Shown here: in pieces, positions 1-11,244 of the stretch
Position numbering within the stretch: the first letter of the stretch is position 1
Layout of the letters: every line of letters starts with the position of its first letter
From: Felis catus
Lineage: Eukaryota
Reading direction: 5' to 3'
NCBI RefSeq assembly: GCF_018350175.1
Contig: NC_058368.1
Span: 210,492,001-210,556,000 of the forward strand
DNA: 64,000 nucleotides
Made by a program: the position numbers and the translations under genes
The notes under the pieces: generated by a model
Seen by the model: the letters and a program-made list of their open reading frames with translations, nothing else
The model's database searches: none
What the model was told of the DNA's origin: nothing

Positions 1-2560
1 TGATTTCAAGCTTCATAGCATTGTGGTCTGAAAGTATGCATGGTATGATTTCAATTCTTGTATACTTATGAAGGGCTGTTTTGTGACCCAGTATGTGATC
101 TATCTTGGAGAATGTTCCATGTGCACTTGAGAAGAAAGTATATTCTGTTGCTTTGGGATGCAGAGTTCTAAATATATCTGTCAAGTCCATCTGATCCAAT
201 GCATCATTCAGGGTCCTTGTTTCTTTATTGACTGTGTGTCTAGATGATCTATGCATTCCTGTAAGTGGAGTGTTAAAGTCCCCTGCAATTACCACATTCT
301 TATCAATAAGGTTGCTTATGTTTGTGAGTAATTGTTTTATATATTTGGGGGCTCCCGTATTCGGTGCATAGACATTTATAATTGTTAGCTCTTCCTGATG
401 GATAGACCCTGTGATTATTATCTAATGCCCTTCTTCATCTCTTGTTACAGCCTTTAATTTAAAGTCTAGTTTGTCTGATATAAGTATGGCTACTCCAGCT
501 TTCTTTTGGCTTCCAGTAGCATAATAAATAGTTCTCCATTCCCTCACTCTCAATCTGAAGGTGTCCTCAGGTCTAAAATGAGTCTCTTGCAGACAGCAAA
601 TAGATGGGTCTTGTTTTTGTATCCATTCTGATACCCTATGTCTTTTGGTTGGCGCATTTAGTCCATTTACATTCAGTGTTATTATAGAAAGATATGGGTT
701 TAGAGTCATTGTCCGTAGGTTTCATGCTTGTAGCGATGTCTCTGGTACTTTGTCTCACAGGATCCCCCTTAGGATCTCTTGTAGGGCTGGTTTAGTGGTG
801 ACAAATTCCTTCAGTTTTTGTTTGGGAAGACCTTTATCTCTCCTTCTATTCTAAATGACAGACTTGCTGGATAAAGTATTCTCGGCTGCATATTTTTTCT
901 GTTCATCACATTGAAGATCTCCTGCCATTCCTTTCTGGCCTGCCAAGTTTCAGTAGAGAGATGGGTCACAGGTCTTATACGTTTCCCTTTATATGTTAGA
1001 GCACGTTTATCCCTAGCTGCTTTCAGAATTTTCTCTTTATCCTTGTATTTTGCCAGTTTCACTATGATACGTCGTGCAGAAGATCGATTCAAGTTACGTC
1101 TGAAGGGAGTTCTCTGTGCCTCTTGGATTTCAATGCCTTTTTCCTTCCCCAGATCTGGGAAGTTCTGAGCTATGATTTCTTCAAGTACACCTTCAGCACC
1201 TCTCCCTCTCTCTTCCTCCTCTGGAATACCAATTATACGTAGATTATTTCTCTTTAGTGCATCACTTAGTTCTCTAATTTTCCCCTCATATTCCTGGATT
1301 TTTTAATCTCTTTTTCTCAGCCTCTTCCTTTTCCACAATTTTATCTTCTAGTTCACCCATTCTCTCCTCTGCCTCTTCAATCTGAGTCGTGGTCATCTCC
1401 ATTTTATTTTGCAGCTCATTAATAGCATTTTTTAGCTCCTCCTGGCTGTTTCTTAGTCCCTTGATCTCTGTAGCAATAGATTCTCTGCTGTCCTCTATAC
1501 TGTTTTCAAGCCCAGAGATTAATTTTATGACTATTATTCTAAATTCACTTTATATTGTTTAAATCGTTTTTGATCAGTTCGTTAGCTGTCGTTATTTCCT
1601 GGACGTTTTTTGAGGGGAATTCTTCCGTTTCATCATTTTGGATAGTTCCTGGAGTGATGCGGAACTGCAGGGCACTTCCCCTGTGCTGTCTTGAATAATT
1701 TGCATTGGTGGGTGGGGCGCAGTCAGACCTGATGTCTGCCCCCAGCCCATCGCTGGGGCCACAGTCAGACTGGTGTGTGCCTTCTCTTCCCCTCTCCTAG
1801 GGGCAGGATTCACTGTGGGGTGGCATGGCCCATCTGGGCTACTTGCACACTGCCAGGCTTGTGGCGCTGGGGATCTGTCGTATTAGCTGGGATGGATCGG
1901 CAAGGTGCACAGGGGCCGGAGGGGCTGGCTCAGCTTGCTTATCCTTTGGTGATCCGCTTCTGGAGGGACCCTGCGGCACCGGGAGGGAGTCAGACCCCCT
2001 GGAGGCATGTATCCGCAGAAGCACAGTGTTTGGTGTTTGCGCGTGCCAGCATGTTCCTTGGCAGGAACCAGTTCCCTTTGGGATTTTGGCTGGGGGATGG
2101 GCGAGGGAGATGGCGCTGGCGAGAGCCTTTGTTCCCCACCTAGCTGAGCTCTGTCGTCGGGGGGCTCAACAACTCTCCCTCCCATTGTCCTCCAGCCCTC
2201 CTGTTCTCCAAGCAGAGCTGTTAGCTTATAACCTTCTAGATGTTAAGTCCTGCTTGCTGTCAGAACACACTCCGTCAGGCCCCTCCATTTTTGCCAGCCT
2301 GACTCGGGGGCTCTACTTTGCTGGCGGGCTGTCCCTCCGCCCTGGCTCCCTCCTGCCAGTCAGTGTAGCGCACACCGCCTCTCCGCCCTTCCTACCCTCT
2401 TCCGTGGACCTCTCCTCTGCGCTTGGCTCCAGAGACTCCATTCTGCTAGCCTTCTGGTGATTTTCTGGGTTATTTAGGCAGGTGTAGGTGGAATCTAAGT
2501 GATCAGCAGGGTGCGCGGTGAGCCCAGCGTCCTCCTACGCCACCATCTTCCCCAGGTCTC
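1..2560 (-). mobile_element. LINE-1 5' part (5'UTR, disrupted ORF1, start of ORF2 endonuclease); continues beyond window start
   Basis: Minus ORFs 422-709 (LNVNGLN...ICCLQETH, EN domain) and 811-1092 (ORF1 RILYPA); GC-rich 5'UTR whose end reads GGGAAGATGGTGGCGTAGGAGG on the minus strand. Confidence 0.95.
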
Positions 2561-3433
2561 TACAAATTATACTTTAAAATTGATTTGAAAATCTACGTGT
2601 GAGATGTTTTTAAAGTGCTTTTGTATTGTTTACCTTAAAATGTATTATTACATTTAAATATAATTGTAAATGCAAACACATTTTGGTAATTTCCAAAATA
2701 GTAGAGCTAGTACAGTTTTGATGAAGGAGGAGATATGCATGCATGAGAATTTGGTTTACTTCCTGAAGAATCAGAGGACAAGGGATCAATTTCACATATT
2801 CAGACCTAATCCAATTTATTTTGTGAGTGGGACCTGGGCTTTACATAATTACAATATAAAACATAAAAAATAATAAACATGGGCAAAATATTTAATTTGT
2901 TGGTCTTTCATGGGCATGGAACATGACACATATTCAGGATCTACATCTAAAATGTATATATTTGGAGGTATGTGTTAGAATGTTAAAATGAAGTTCAGTC
3001 TGTCATTTATGTTTCCTTTCATTATGTAGTGATTCTTCCATTTACGTGTTTCTACCATTACCACCAACCACGATCACATATTGATTCTTTGTGTGACTAG
3101 GTACACTAAATGCTCTATGGATGTGATTTTTCCCCCATGTCAATCTTCTGTTGTTTGGTTTATCATATCCTAATTGCAGGCGCTGTGAGATGGTTATTTG
3201 TTTAAGTGTCAACCAATTATCTATGCAAAAGGAGGTAAATGGAATTACTTGTTGTCTTAAGCAAACTTCTTTCTACTTAGCTCAAGGAACTAGCTATTTC
3301 TGAAAAGCGGATTTCATATTGTGAATGTCCTTAAGATGAATGCATTTTACCCAGTTCAACAATTTGATTCAGCCAACACTGACTGCTTTCTTATTTGTCA
3401 AAAGGCATCATGCTGGGCATTTTGGAAGATGCA
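2561..3433 (+). repeat. Diverged direct duplicate of the UGT3A 3' flank (copy A; partner 54684-55746)
   Basis: Colinear match by eye from TACAAATTAyACTTTAAAATTGATTTGAAAATCT to TTTGGAAGATGCA; two 60-nt blocks counted by hand gave 50/60 and 56/60 identity. Confidence 0.93.
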
Positions 3434-3899
3434 GATTCTAAACTGAAAGTGGGTTCAGCAGACCAAGGGCAGGGCAGCAGGCCAAGGTGGAACCCTAGTC
3501 TAGAAGAGGATTCAGAGGATCCTGACTAAATTTGCTGAAGGAGGGAATCTTTGTCATACCCACCCCAACACATTGTGCTGTGCTGTACTTCTGTATCAGT
3601 GACCACACTGTGTCCTCTCTCAGAAATGCCATTCTGCTCTTGTTGGGACAAAAAGCTTCTACATGTTCTTCCTACCAAACTTTATTGTGTTCACATTAGT
3701 GTGGCTGCACTTGACTTTGACCCTCGCAACAGAGCTCACTGTATATCCTCTTTTGAAGCATTTTTCCTAATATGTTGAAATTACTTGTTAACAGGTATGT
3801 CTCTCAATTTAGAAACTTTAAGACCCTAATGATCAGGGACTGGGTTCCGTTTATCTTGTGCTTATAGCACATGGCATGGTGGTTCAAACAAATAATGCT

Positions 3900-6400
3900 G
3901 AGATGACAGGATAATCTTTTAGAAGAGAGACAATATTTGATCCATATCTTACACCATATCTAAAAGTAAACTCTAAATACATTAGATATTTAATATAAAA
4001 AAATGACAGCATACTGAGTTGAAAAATGAGGTATGTATATGTACTTACTATGGAATGATCTTGACCTGTGTATTTGGAATGACTTTTTAAATATACTTAA
4101 AAATACTGAAGTAACAAAGAAAAATTAACTAATCTAACTAATTTGCCAATAGTAAAATGTTTTTACACAGCTAAATTACCACAAGTAGAAAAATACCATT
4201 GAAAAAGTGGGATAAATATATTCATAATTTTCATCACAGAGAGACGAATCCTATTCCTAACATTTAAAAAATCTGTCAAAATTGAGGAAGGAAGCTTGGT
4301 ACATGGACACATTGTGATCATAGATACCTATAAACTACAATGAACAAGACAATTTTAGACTAATGTTGGCTGAATTCTAATCTGTTAAGAAAGAAAATAG
4401 TCTAAAGACAAATATAGTAAGCTCAGTTTTATTTTTAAGTAAAGAGAAAATGTGAGAGAATAAAAATATAATTATATATGCATACTGTTGCAAAAAGAAG
4501 CAGAGGGATGAAAAATCAGAATCATGTGATAGATTATCTATAAAACTGTTTTTGAATAGCATGAAGGTCAAGGAAACAAATGGCATGTCTGTAGATTTCT
4601 GTGTTTACATAGTTTGGTCTTTGTAGGCATGTTATTATTTTTCATAACAAAATTCTATTTATAACAAAAAAATGGAGGAGAAAACTCTAAAATAGAATAC
4701 AAACAGAAACAAATGAATTCAAAATATTTTCAAACGTGTAACATAATTGCACTGCACCAAAAAAAAAAATGAGGGAACACAACTGCATTTTGAACACAGT
4801 ACTTTGAATATATGTCTCATCAATCGAAAGAAAAAATGAACTGCAAAAGTCTACTTTTAGACTAACCTATTTTTTGAGTAGTCTATTGGGTAGAACTGAT
4901 ATTCACAGTTCATGGATTAGTACATGGTAACATTTTTTCAGTATGATTGAGCAGATGTGTAAATATACCAAGGATTTTGAAAGTAGATTTCTTAAATTTA
5001 GAAGGGGAGTTGCTAATGTGGAAATGGAGGAGATGAAAATCACCTCTGTGGTGGTGCTGGAATTGAAGGTATTATCAGTATGGATTCACATTTTCCCACA
5101 AATTATATGTAAACATGGTGATATAGATATGTAATATTTATATCCATCCTGTATCTATATATTTCATAACTGTCCACTGAAAAGGATTTATGAACAACAG
5201 TGCTTCATTAGCAATGAGCACTTCTGCAAACCACACCTATTTTTTAAAATACCATTAGGTGTCTTTGAGAAATGGAAGATTTGAAGACAGAAACAAAAAA
5301 AGTTTGGGGCGCCTGGGTGGCGCAGTCGGTTAAGCGTCCGACTTCAGCCAGGTCACGATCTCGCGGTCCGTGAGTTCGAGCCCTGCATCAGGCTCTGGGC
5401 TGATGGCTCAGAGCCTGGAGCCTGTTTCTGATTCTGTGTCTCCCTCTCTCTCTGCCCCTCCCCCGTTCATGCTCTGTCTCTCTCTGTCCCAAAAATAAAT
5501 AAACGTTGAAAAAAAAATTAAAAAAAAAAAAGTTTGAGTGGAGTCTGGAAATTGTGTGCAAGCAAGAAAAGAAAAGCTCCAAAATGGTTGAGTTTCAACA
5601 GTAGCAACCCAATACATGATAATAGGAAAAGATAATACCCCACTGAATAAATACAGAGAGATGAATAAATAATGATAATAGATTGATACAGATAGAAAAT
5701 AGATGATAGGTGGATAGGGACAAAGGAAAAGGTTTTGTAACAATACAATGCCACATGGAAAAAAAACAAAGAAAAGTGCAGTTAAAAATCACTAATTGGA
5801 CACCATGACAGCTACAACTGCTTTAAGTAAGAAACAAAACAGTTGATAAAATGAGTGAGTGAAATTTGATAGGAACAGAATATTTACACAGTTTCAAAAT
5901 GTCTCCCCAAATCTGATTTCCTAATTATAGGGTAAAAAAAATACCAGCTTTACAGTCAAGAATTTTGATGAACACCACCTTAAATAAGGGATAGAGTTAT
6001 CATCTCTAATGATAGAGGACCATCTAATAATATCATGTGCTTCGCATTGAGATTCACTGAGATGGAATCAACACCACGTTTGTAGTATTCCCACCAAACT
6101 CCCTAGTAACCTGAAGTATTCTGAGAAAACATCAAACAAACCCAACTGGGGATCCATCATAGAAAATAAACAGCTTGTACTTTTAAAATATCAATCACAT
6201 GAAAGAAAAAGAAGGGTTGAGAAACCAGTCCTTACTAAAAGAGATGAAATACACATGATAACTAAATGCAATGTGTGATCCTGAATTGGCTCCTGCACCA
6301 GAGAATTCCTGTCACAACATAGGATACTGTGTGCACAACTAGAGGGATTGAAATAAGGATTGTAGACAAAGTAATGTGATTACATTAATATTAAATGGTG
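3900..6400 (+). mobile_element. Old degraded L1M (L1MC/ME-like) 3' region, interrupted by a SINE
   Basis: A-rich, with L1MC-like 3'UTR phrases (ataactaaatgcaatgtgtgatcctgaattgg near 6258-6290). Boundaries approximate. Confidence 0.5.
5306..5530 (+). mobile_element. Young felid CanSINE (SINEC_Fc-like)
   Basis: GGGGCGCCTGGGTGGCGCAGTCGGTTAAGCG head, CT-rich body, A tail, TSD AAAAAAAGTTT. Confidence 0.95.
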
Positions 6401-7331
6401 TCTCCCTAATGCAGATTAATGTTTTCACTGGGAAGATATGCTACCTGAACAGATGAAAATTGTGAATGTGCATGCATGTAATCATATAGTATGAGGGGAA
6501 AGTGGAGTAATAGGTTGGGAGAGTTTTACCACGTTTCTAATGAGAAATTTCAAACACTTAGAAGAATAGAACTTCTTGGTGCCCACTACCGAGTCCTATT
6601 TTGTCATGCCCATTCAGAATTACAGACTTAGCCTTAGAGGTTCAGTCCTTCAAGTCAAGACCTGGCCCTCCAGGGGTATTTAACACGTAGGGGACCCTAG
6701 CACTTTCACCAGTAGGTACTTTCCAAAGAAACTCCCTGAGCAGTAAGTGTAGGTCATTTTCTTCTTGGAATCAGCTTCTGGGATCTTGATTGGAAGACTC
6801 ACGGAGATTTTAAGCAGGTACCTGGGGAAACGGGGCACAGGGATGACAGTATGAGGTCAGTAGTGCAGTTAGGAGGTGGGAACATTTGGGGAAAGGTCAC
6901 TAAAACGGAGAAGGGTCTGAGTCACCTGGAGGTGGAGCTCACTTGGAAGTGACATCCTAAGGTCTCTATCATTCCTGGTTCAGAGTATCTTCTCTGGGGA
7001 GAGTGTGTTGATTACAGGGACAGAGAGGGGTTAAGGAGAGCTCACTAACCCCTCCTTCCTGCTGCCTTAGCTTAGGGAGGGTGAGGACCTAATAGCCTGT
7101 GGAGCAAGCACCCAGGAGGCGGAGCAGAGGGGCCAGAAGTGACAAACAGAAGAGAAGGCAGGCAGGATCCACCTCTCACCTCTTCCCAAGCTGCCTGCCA
7201 GCACATTTCCTTGGCAGCCAGGGCAGTGTGTGTCCCAGGGCACGCACACAGGTCACTGTGCAGGACACAGAGTCACAGAGCATAGGGCTCTGGGCACCAG
7301 GCTGGAATCTGCAGCTGGGATAGGAGCAAGC

Positions 7332-7425
7332 ATGGTGGGGCAGCAGGCGCTACTGCTAGCTGGCTTGTTTTTGCCTGGGTTCCTGCTCTCCGATGCTGCG
7401 AAAATTCTGACTTCTTTTGCACTGG
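7332..7425 (+). CDS. UGT3A: UGT3A exon 1 (signal peptide MVGQQALLLAGLFLPGFLLSDAAKILTSFAL)
   Basis: ATG in AGCATGG context; hydrophobic leader then AAKIL, typical of UGT3A; donor G|GTGAGT at 7426, phase 1. Confidence 0.93.
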
Positions 7426-8242
7426 GTGAGTGCTTAGCTGAAGAATCAGAAAGGGGCCCATCCCAGGCCCCTGTGCCAGAGCTCAGTCACAGCCTTAGGT
7501 CAGAGGATCATTCCATGTGGTGTTCTAGAGAGGGCTAGGGTCCCAGGCCAGAGGAGGGAGAGGCGTGAGAGGTCTGTGCGGTAGAATGGGATCCCTACTG
7601 CTGGGATGGGGAAGTTAGTTTTGGGCTACCAGCAGTTTCCTTTCCTCTCTTTGTATTTGCTCTGGAGCTGCTTCACATTCTGCATTCCTGGGGCCAGAAT
7701 GTAGAGCCAGTGCTGAGCTAGAAATCATGAGCTGCCCACCACAGGGCATGGCAGGGACTTTCAGAGGCACATGCTAAAAGTGTGGGACAGTAGAAAGTGG
7801 AAAGTGAAATCAGTTTCACGCTCTTAGAGGCTAAGGACAGGGGCTCCTGGGGGCAGCAGCACTAACTGGGCATGTTTCATTAATGGGAAACCTGGAGAAC
7901 TGCCTGGGCAGTGGAGGGGGCCCTGGACAATCAAGTTCTCGGTGCCCCTCTCTCTTTTGCCCTTACTGCTGGAAGGTGTTGAAGGACTGTGAAGCAGTTA
8001 ATTTTGTGTGAACCCAGTTGTAATGCCTTTATTTTGTCCCAAAGGGAACAGAAGGGGAACAGGAACATTTATTAGGAAGAAGGTTTCAGAAGATGGAGTT
8101 TCCTGAAGACTTTTTTGGATCCGTTCTGACAGGCTAGGGGATCTGCCCTGCCCCTGCCTTTGCCCCAGAATACACTGGGCTCACCAACACCTTCAGGAAT
8201 GGCTGTCTCTGCAGAAAGCCTTTTCTCATGCATCCATTCCTT

Positions 8243-8340
8243 CCTTCCATCCATCTTTCCTTCCTTCCTTCCTTCCTTCCTTCCTTCCTTCCTTCCTTCC
8301 TTCCTTCCTTCCTTCCTTCCTTCCCTCCTTCCTTCCTGTT

Positions 8341-8428
<88 letters not shown>

Positions 8429-8430
8429 TC
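8243..8430 (+). repeat. Compound microsatellite (CCTT)n-(CTTT)n
   Basis: Directly visible; abuts the 3' end of a minus-strand L1. Confidence 0.97.
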
Positions 8431-9111
8431 AAGTTAGTTAACATACAGTGTGGTCTTGGCTTCAGTAGTAGAACCCAGTGATTCATTTGTAACATATGAC
8501 ACCCAGTGCTCAATCCAACAAGTTCCCTCCTTAATACCTATCACCCATCTAACCCATCTCCCCACCTACCTCCCCTCCGACAACCCTCAGTTTGTTCTCT
8601 GTATTTAATGGTCTCTCATAGTTTGCCTTCCTCTCTGTTTTTATCTTATTTGTCCTTCCTTTCCTCTTTGTTCATCTGTTGTGTTTCTCAAGTTCCTCAT
8701 ATGAGTGAAATCATATAACTGTCTTTTTCTGACTTATTTTGCTTAGCATAATACACTCTAGTTCCATCTACGTTGTTGCAAATGGCAAGATTTCATTCTT
8801 TTTCATTGCTGAGTAGTATTCCAGTATGTATGTATGTATGTATGTATGTATGTATGTATGTATGTATGTTTGTATGTATAAGTTGATGTACATTTGTGCT
8901 CTATCCATAATTTTGCTATGGAAATTATTTATAGTGCTCCTATAAACATTGGGGTGCATGTGCCCCTTTGAATCAGAATTTTTGTATCCTTTGGATAAAT
9001 TCCTAGTAGTGCAATTGCTGGGTCATGGGTTTGTTCTATTTTTATTCATTTGTATTTTATTTTTATTTTTTAAACAGAGGATATTTAAAATGATGCTTTA
9101 CTATATCCTTA

Positions 9112-9277
9112 AAAAATTATTTTGTTCATTTATTTTTGAGAAAGAGAGAGAGAGACAGAGCATGAGCAGGGGAGGGTCAGAGAGTGAAGGAGACACAGAA
9201 TCAGAAGCAAGCTCCAGGCTGTGAATTGTCAGAACAGAGCCCCATGCAGGGCTTGAACCCATAAACTATGAGATCAT
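9112..9277 (-). mobile_element. 5'-truncated CanSINE inserted in the intron-1 L1
   Basis: gagcatgagcaggggaggg...gagacacagaatcagaagc; flanked by repeated L1 sequence GTTCTATTTTTA. Confidence 0.8.
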
Positions 9278-11026
9278 AGGGTAGTTCTATTTTTAATTTT
9301 TTGAGGAAACTCCATACTATTATCCAGTGTGGCTGCACCAGTTTGCATTCAAACCAACAGTGCAAAACGCTTCCCCTTTTTCTAAATCCTCACCAACATC
9401 TGTTGTTTTCTGAGTTGTTAATTTTAGCCATTCTGATAGGTGTGGAGTGGTATCTCATTGTGGTTTGATTTGTATTTCTGATGATGTATGATGTTGAGCA
9501 TTTTTTTAATGTGTCTGTTAGCCATCTGGATATCTTCTTTGGAAAAGTGTCTTTTTATGTCTTCTTCCCATTTCTTCACTGGAGTATTTATTTTTTTTGG
9601 GGGGTGTTAAGTTTGTTAAGTTCTTTATAAATTCTGGATACTAAACCTTTATCTGATATCTTATTTGCAAATATCTTCTCTAATTCCATTGGTTGCCTTT
9701 TAGTTTTGTTGGCTGTTTCCTTGGCTGTTCAAAAGATTTTTATCTTGATGAGGTCCAAAAGTTCATTTTTGCTTTTATTTCCTTTGCCTCTGAAGACATG
9801 TCAAGTAAGAAGTTGCTGTGCCCTAGGTCAAAGAGTTTGCTGCCTGTTTTCTTCTCTAGGAGTTTGATGGTTTCCTGTCCCACATTTAGGCCATTCATCC
9901 ATTTTGAATTTACTTTTGTGTGTGGTGTAAGAAAGTGGTCTAGTTTCATTCTTCTGCATGTCGCTGGCCAGTTTTCCCAGCACCATTTGTTAAAGAGACT
10001 GTCTTTTTTCCATTGGGTATACTTTCCTGCTTTGTCAAAGATTAGTTGGCCATATATTTGAGGATCCATTTCTGGATTCTCTATCCTACTCCATTGATCT
10101 ATGTGTCTGTTTTTGTGCCAATACCATACTGTCTTGATGTTTACATCTTTGTAACACAGGTTAAAGTCCAGGATTGTGATGCCTCCAGCTTTGGTTTTCT
10201 TTTTCAACATTACTTTCTCTATTCAGGGTCTTTAGTGGTTCCATACAAATTGTAGAATTGTTTGTTTTAGTTCTGTGAAGAATGCTGGTATTATTTTGAT
10301 AGGGATTGCATTGAATGTGTAGATTTAGATAGCATAGACATTTTAACAATATTTGTTCTTCCAATCCATGAACATGATATGTTTTTTTCATTTCTTTGTG
10401 TCTTCTTCAATGTCTTTCATAAGGTTTATATCGTTTTCAGCATACAGATATTTCACCTCTCTTTGGTTAGGTTCATTCCTAGCTATCTTATGGGTTTTCG
10501 TGCAATTGTAAATGGGATCAATTCCTTGAAATCTCTTTCTGCTGCTTCATTATTAGTATATAAAAATGCAACCAATTTCTGTACATTGATTTTATATCCT
10601 GCATCTTGCCTGAATTCATGTATTAGCTCTGGCAGTTTTTTGGTGGAGTCTTCAGATTTTCCATGTAGAGTATCATGTCATCTTTGAAGAGTGAAAGATT
10701 GACTTCTTCCTTACTGATTTGGATTTCTTTTATTTCTTTTTGTTTTCTGATTGCCAAGGCTAGGACTTCCAGTACTGTGTTGAACAATAGTGGTAAGAGT
10801 GGACATCCCTGTCTTGTTCCTGATCTTAGAGGGAAAGCTCTGTTTTTCCCCACTGAGGATGATATTAGTGGTGAGTCTTTCATATATGGCTTTTATGATG
10901 TTAAGGTATGTTCCTTCTATCCCTTCTTTCTTGAGGGTTTTATCAAGAAATGACGATGTATTTTGTCAAATGTTTTTTTCTGCATCTATTGAAAGTATCA
11001 TATGGTTCTTATTCTTTCTTTTATTA

Positions 11027-11244
11027 AAACAATTTTTTTTACATTTATTCATTTTTGAGAGACAGAGAGAGACAGAGCACAAGCGGGGGAGGGGTAGAAA
11101 GAGAGGGAGACACAGAATCCAAAGCAGGCTCCAGGCTCCAAGCTGTCAGCACAGAGCCCAACGTGGGGCTCAAACCCACAAACCGCGAGATCATGACCTG
11201 AGCCGAAGTTGGACGCTCAACTGACTGAGCCACCGAGGAGCCCC
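11027..11244 (-). mobile_element. CanSINE inserted in the intron-1 L1
   Basis: Complete reverse SINE; TSD TTATyCTTTCTTTTATTA. Confidence 0.93.

Noticed and set aside
5306..5390. tRNA-like A/B box sequence here and in other SINE heads
   Set aside because: tRNA-derived CanSINE heads with CT-rich body, A tail and TSDs, not tRNA genes.
7230..7331. In-frame upstream extension of exon 1 in the ORF track (7230-7538)
   Set aside because: It starts at a non-ATG codon; ATG 7332 has a good context and begins the signal peptide.
8160..8513. Low-complexity ORFs (FLPS/FFLS and KERK repeats); likewise 14181-14870 and 24514-24940
   Set aside because: Translations of microsatellites.
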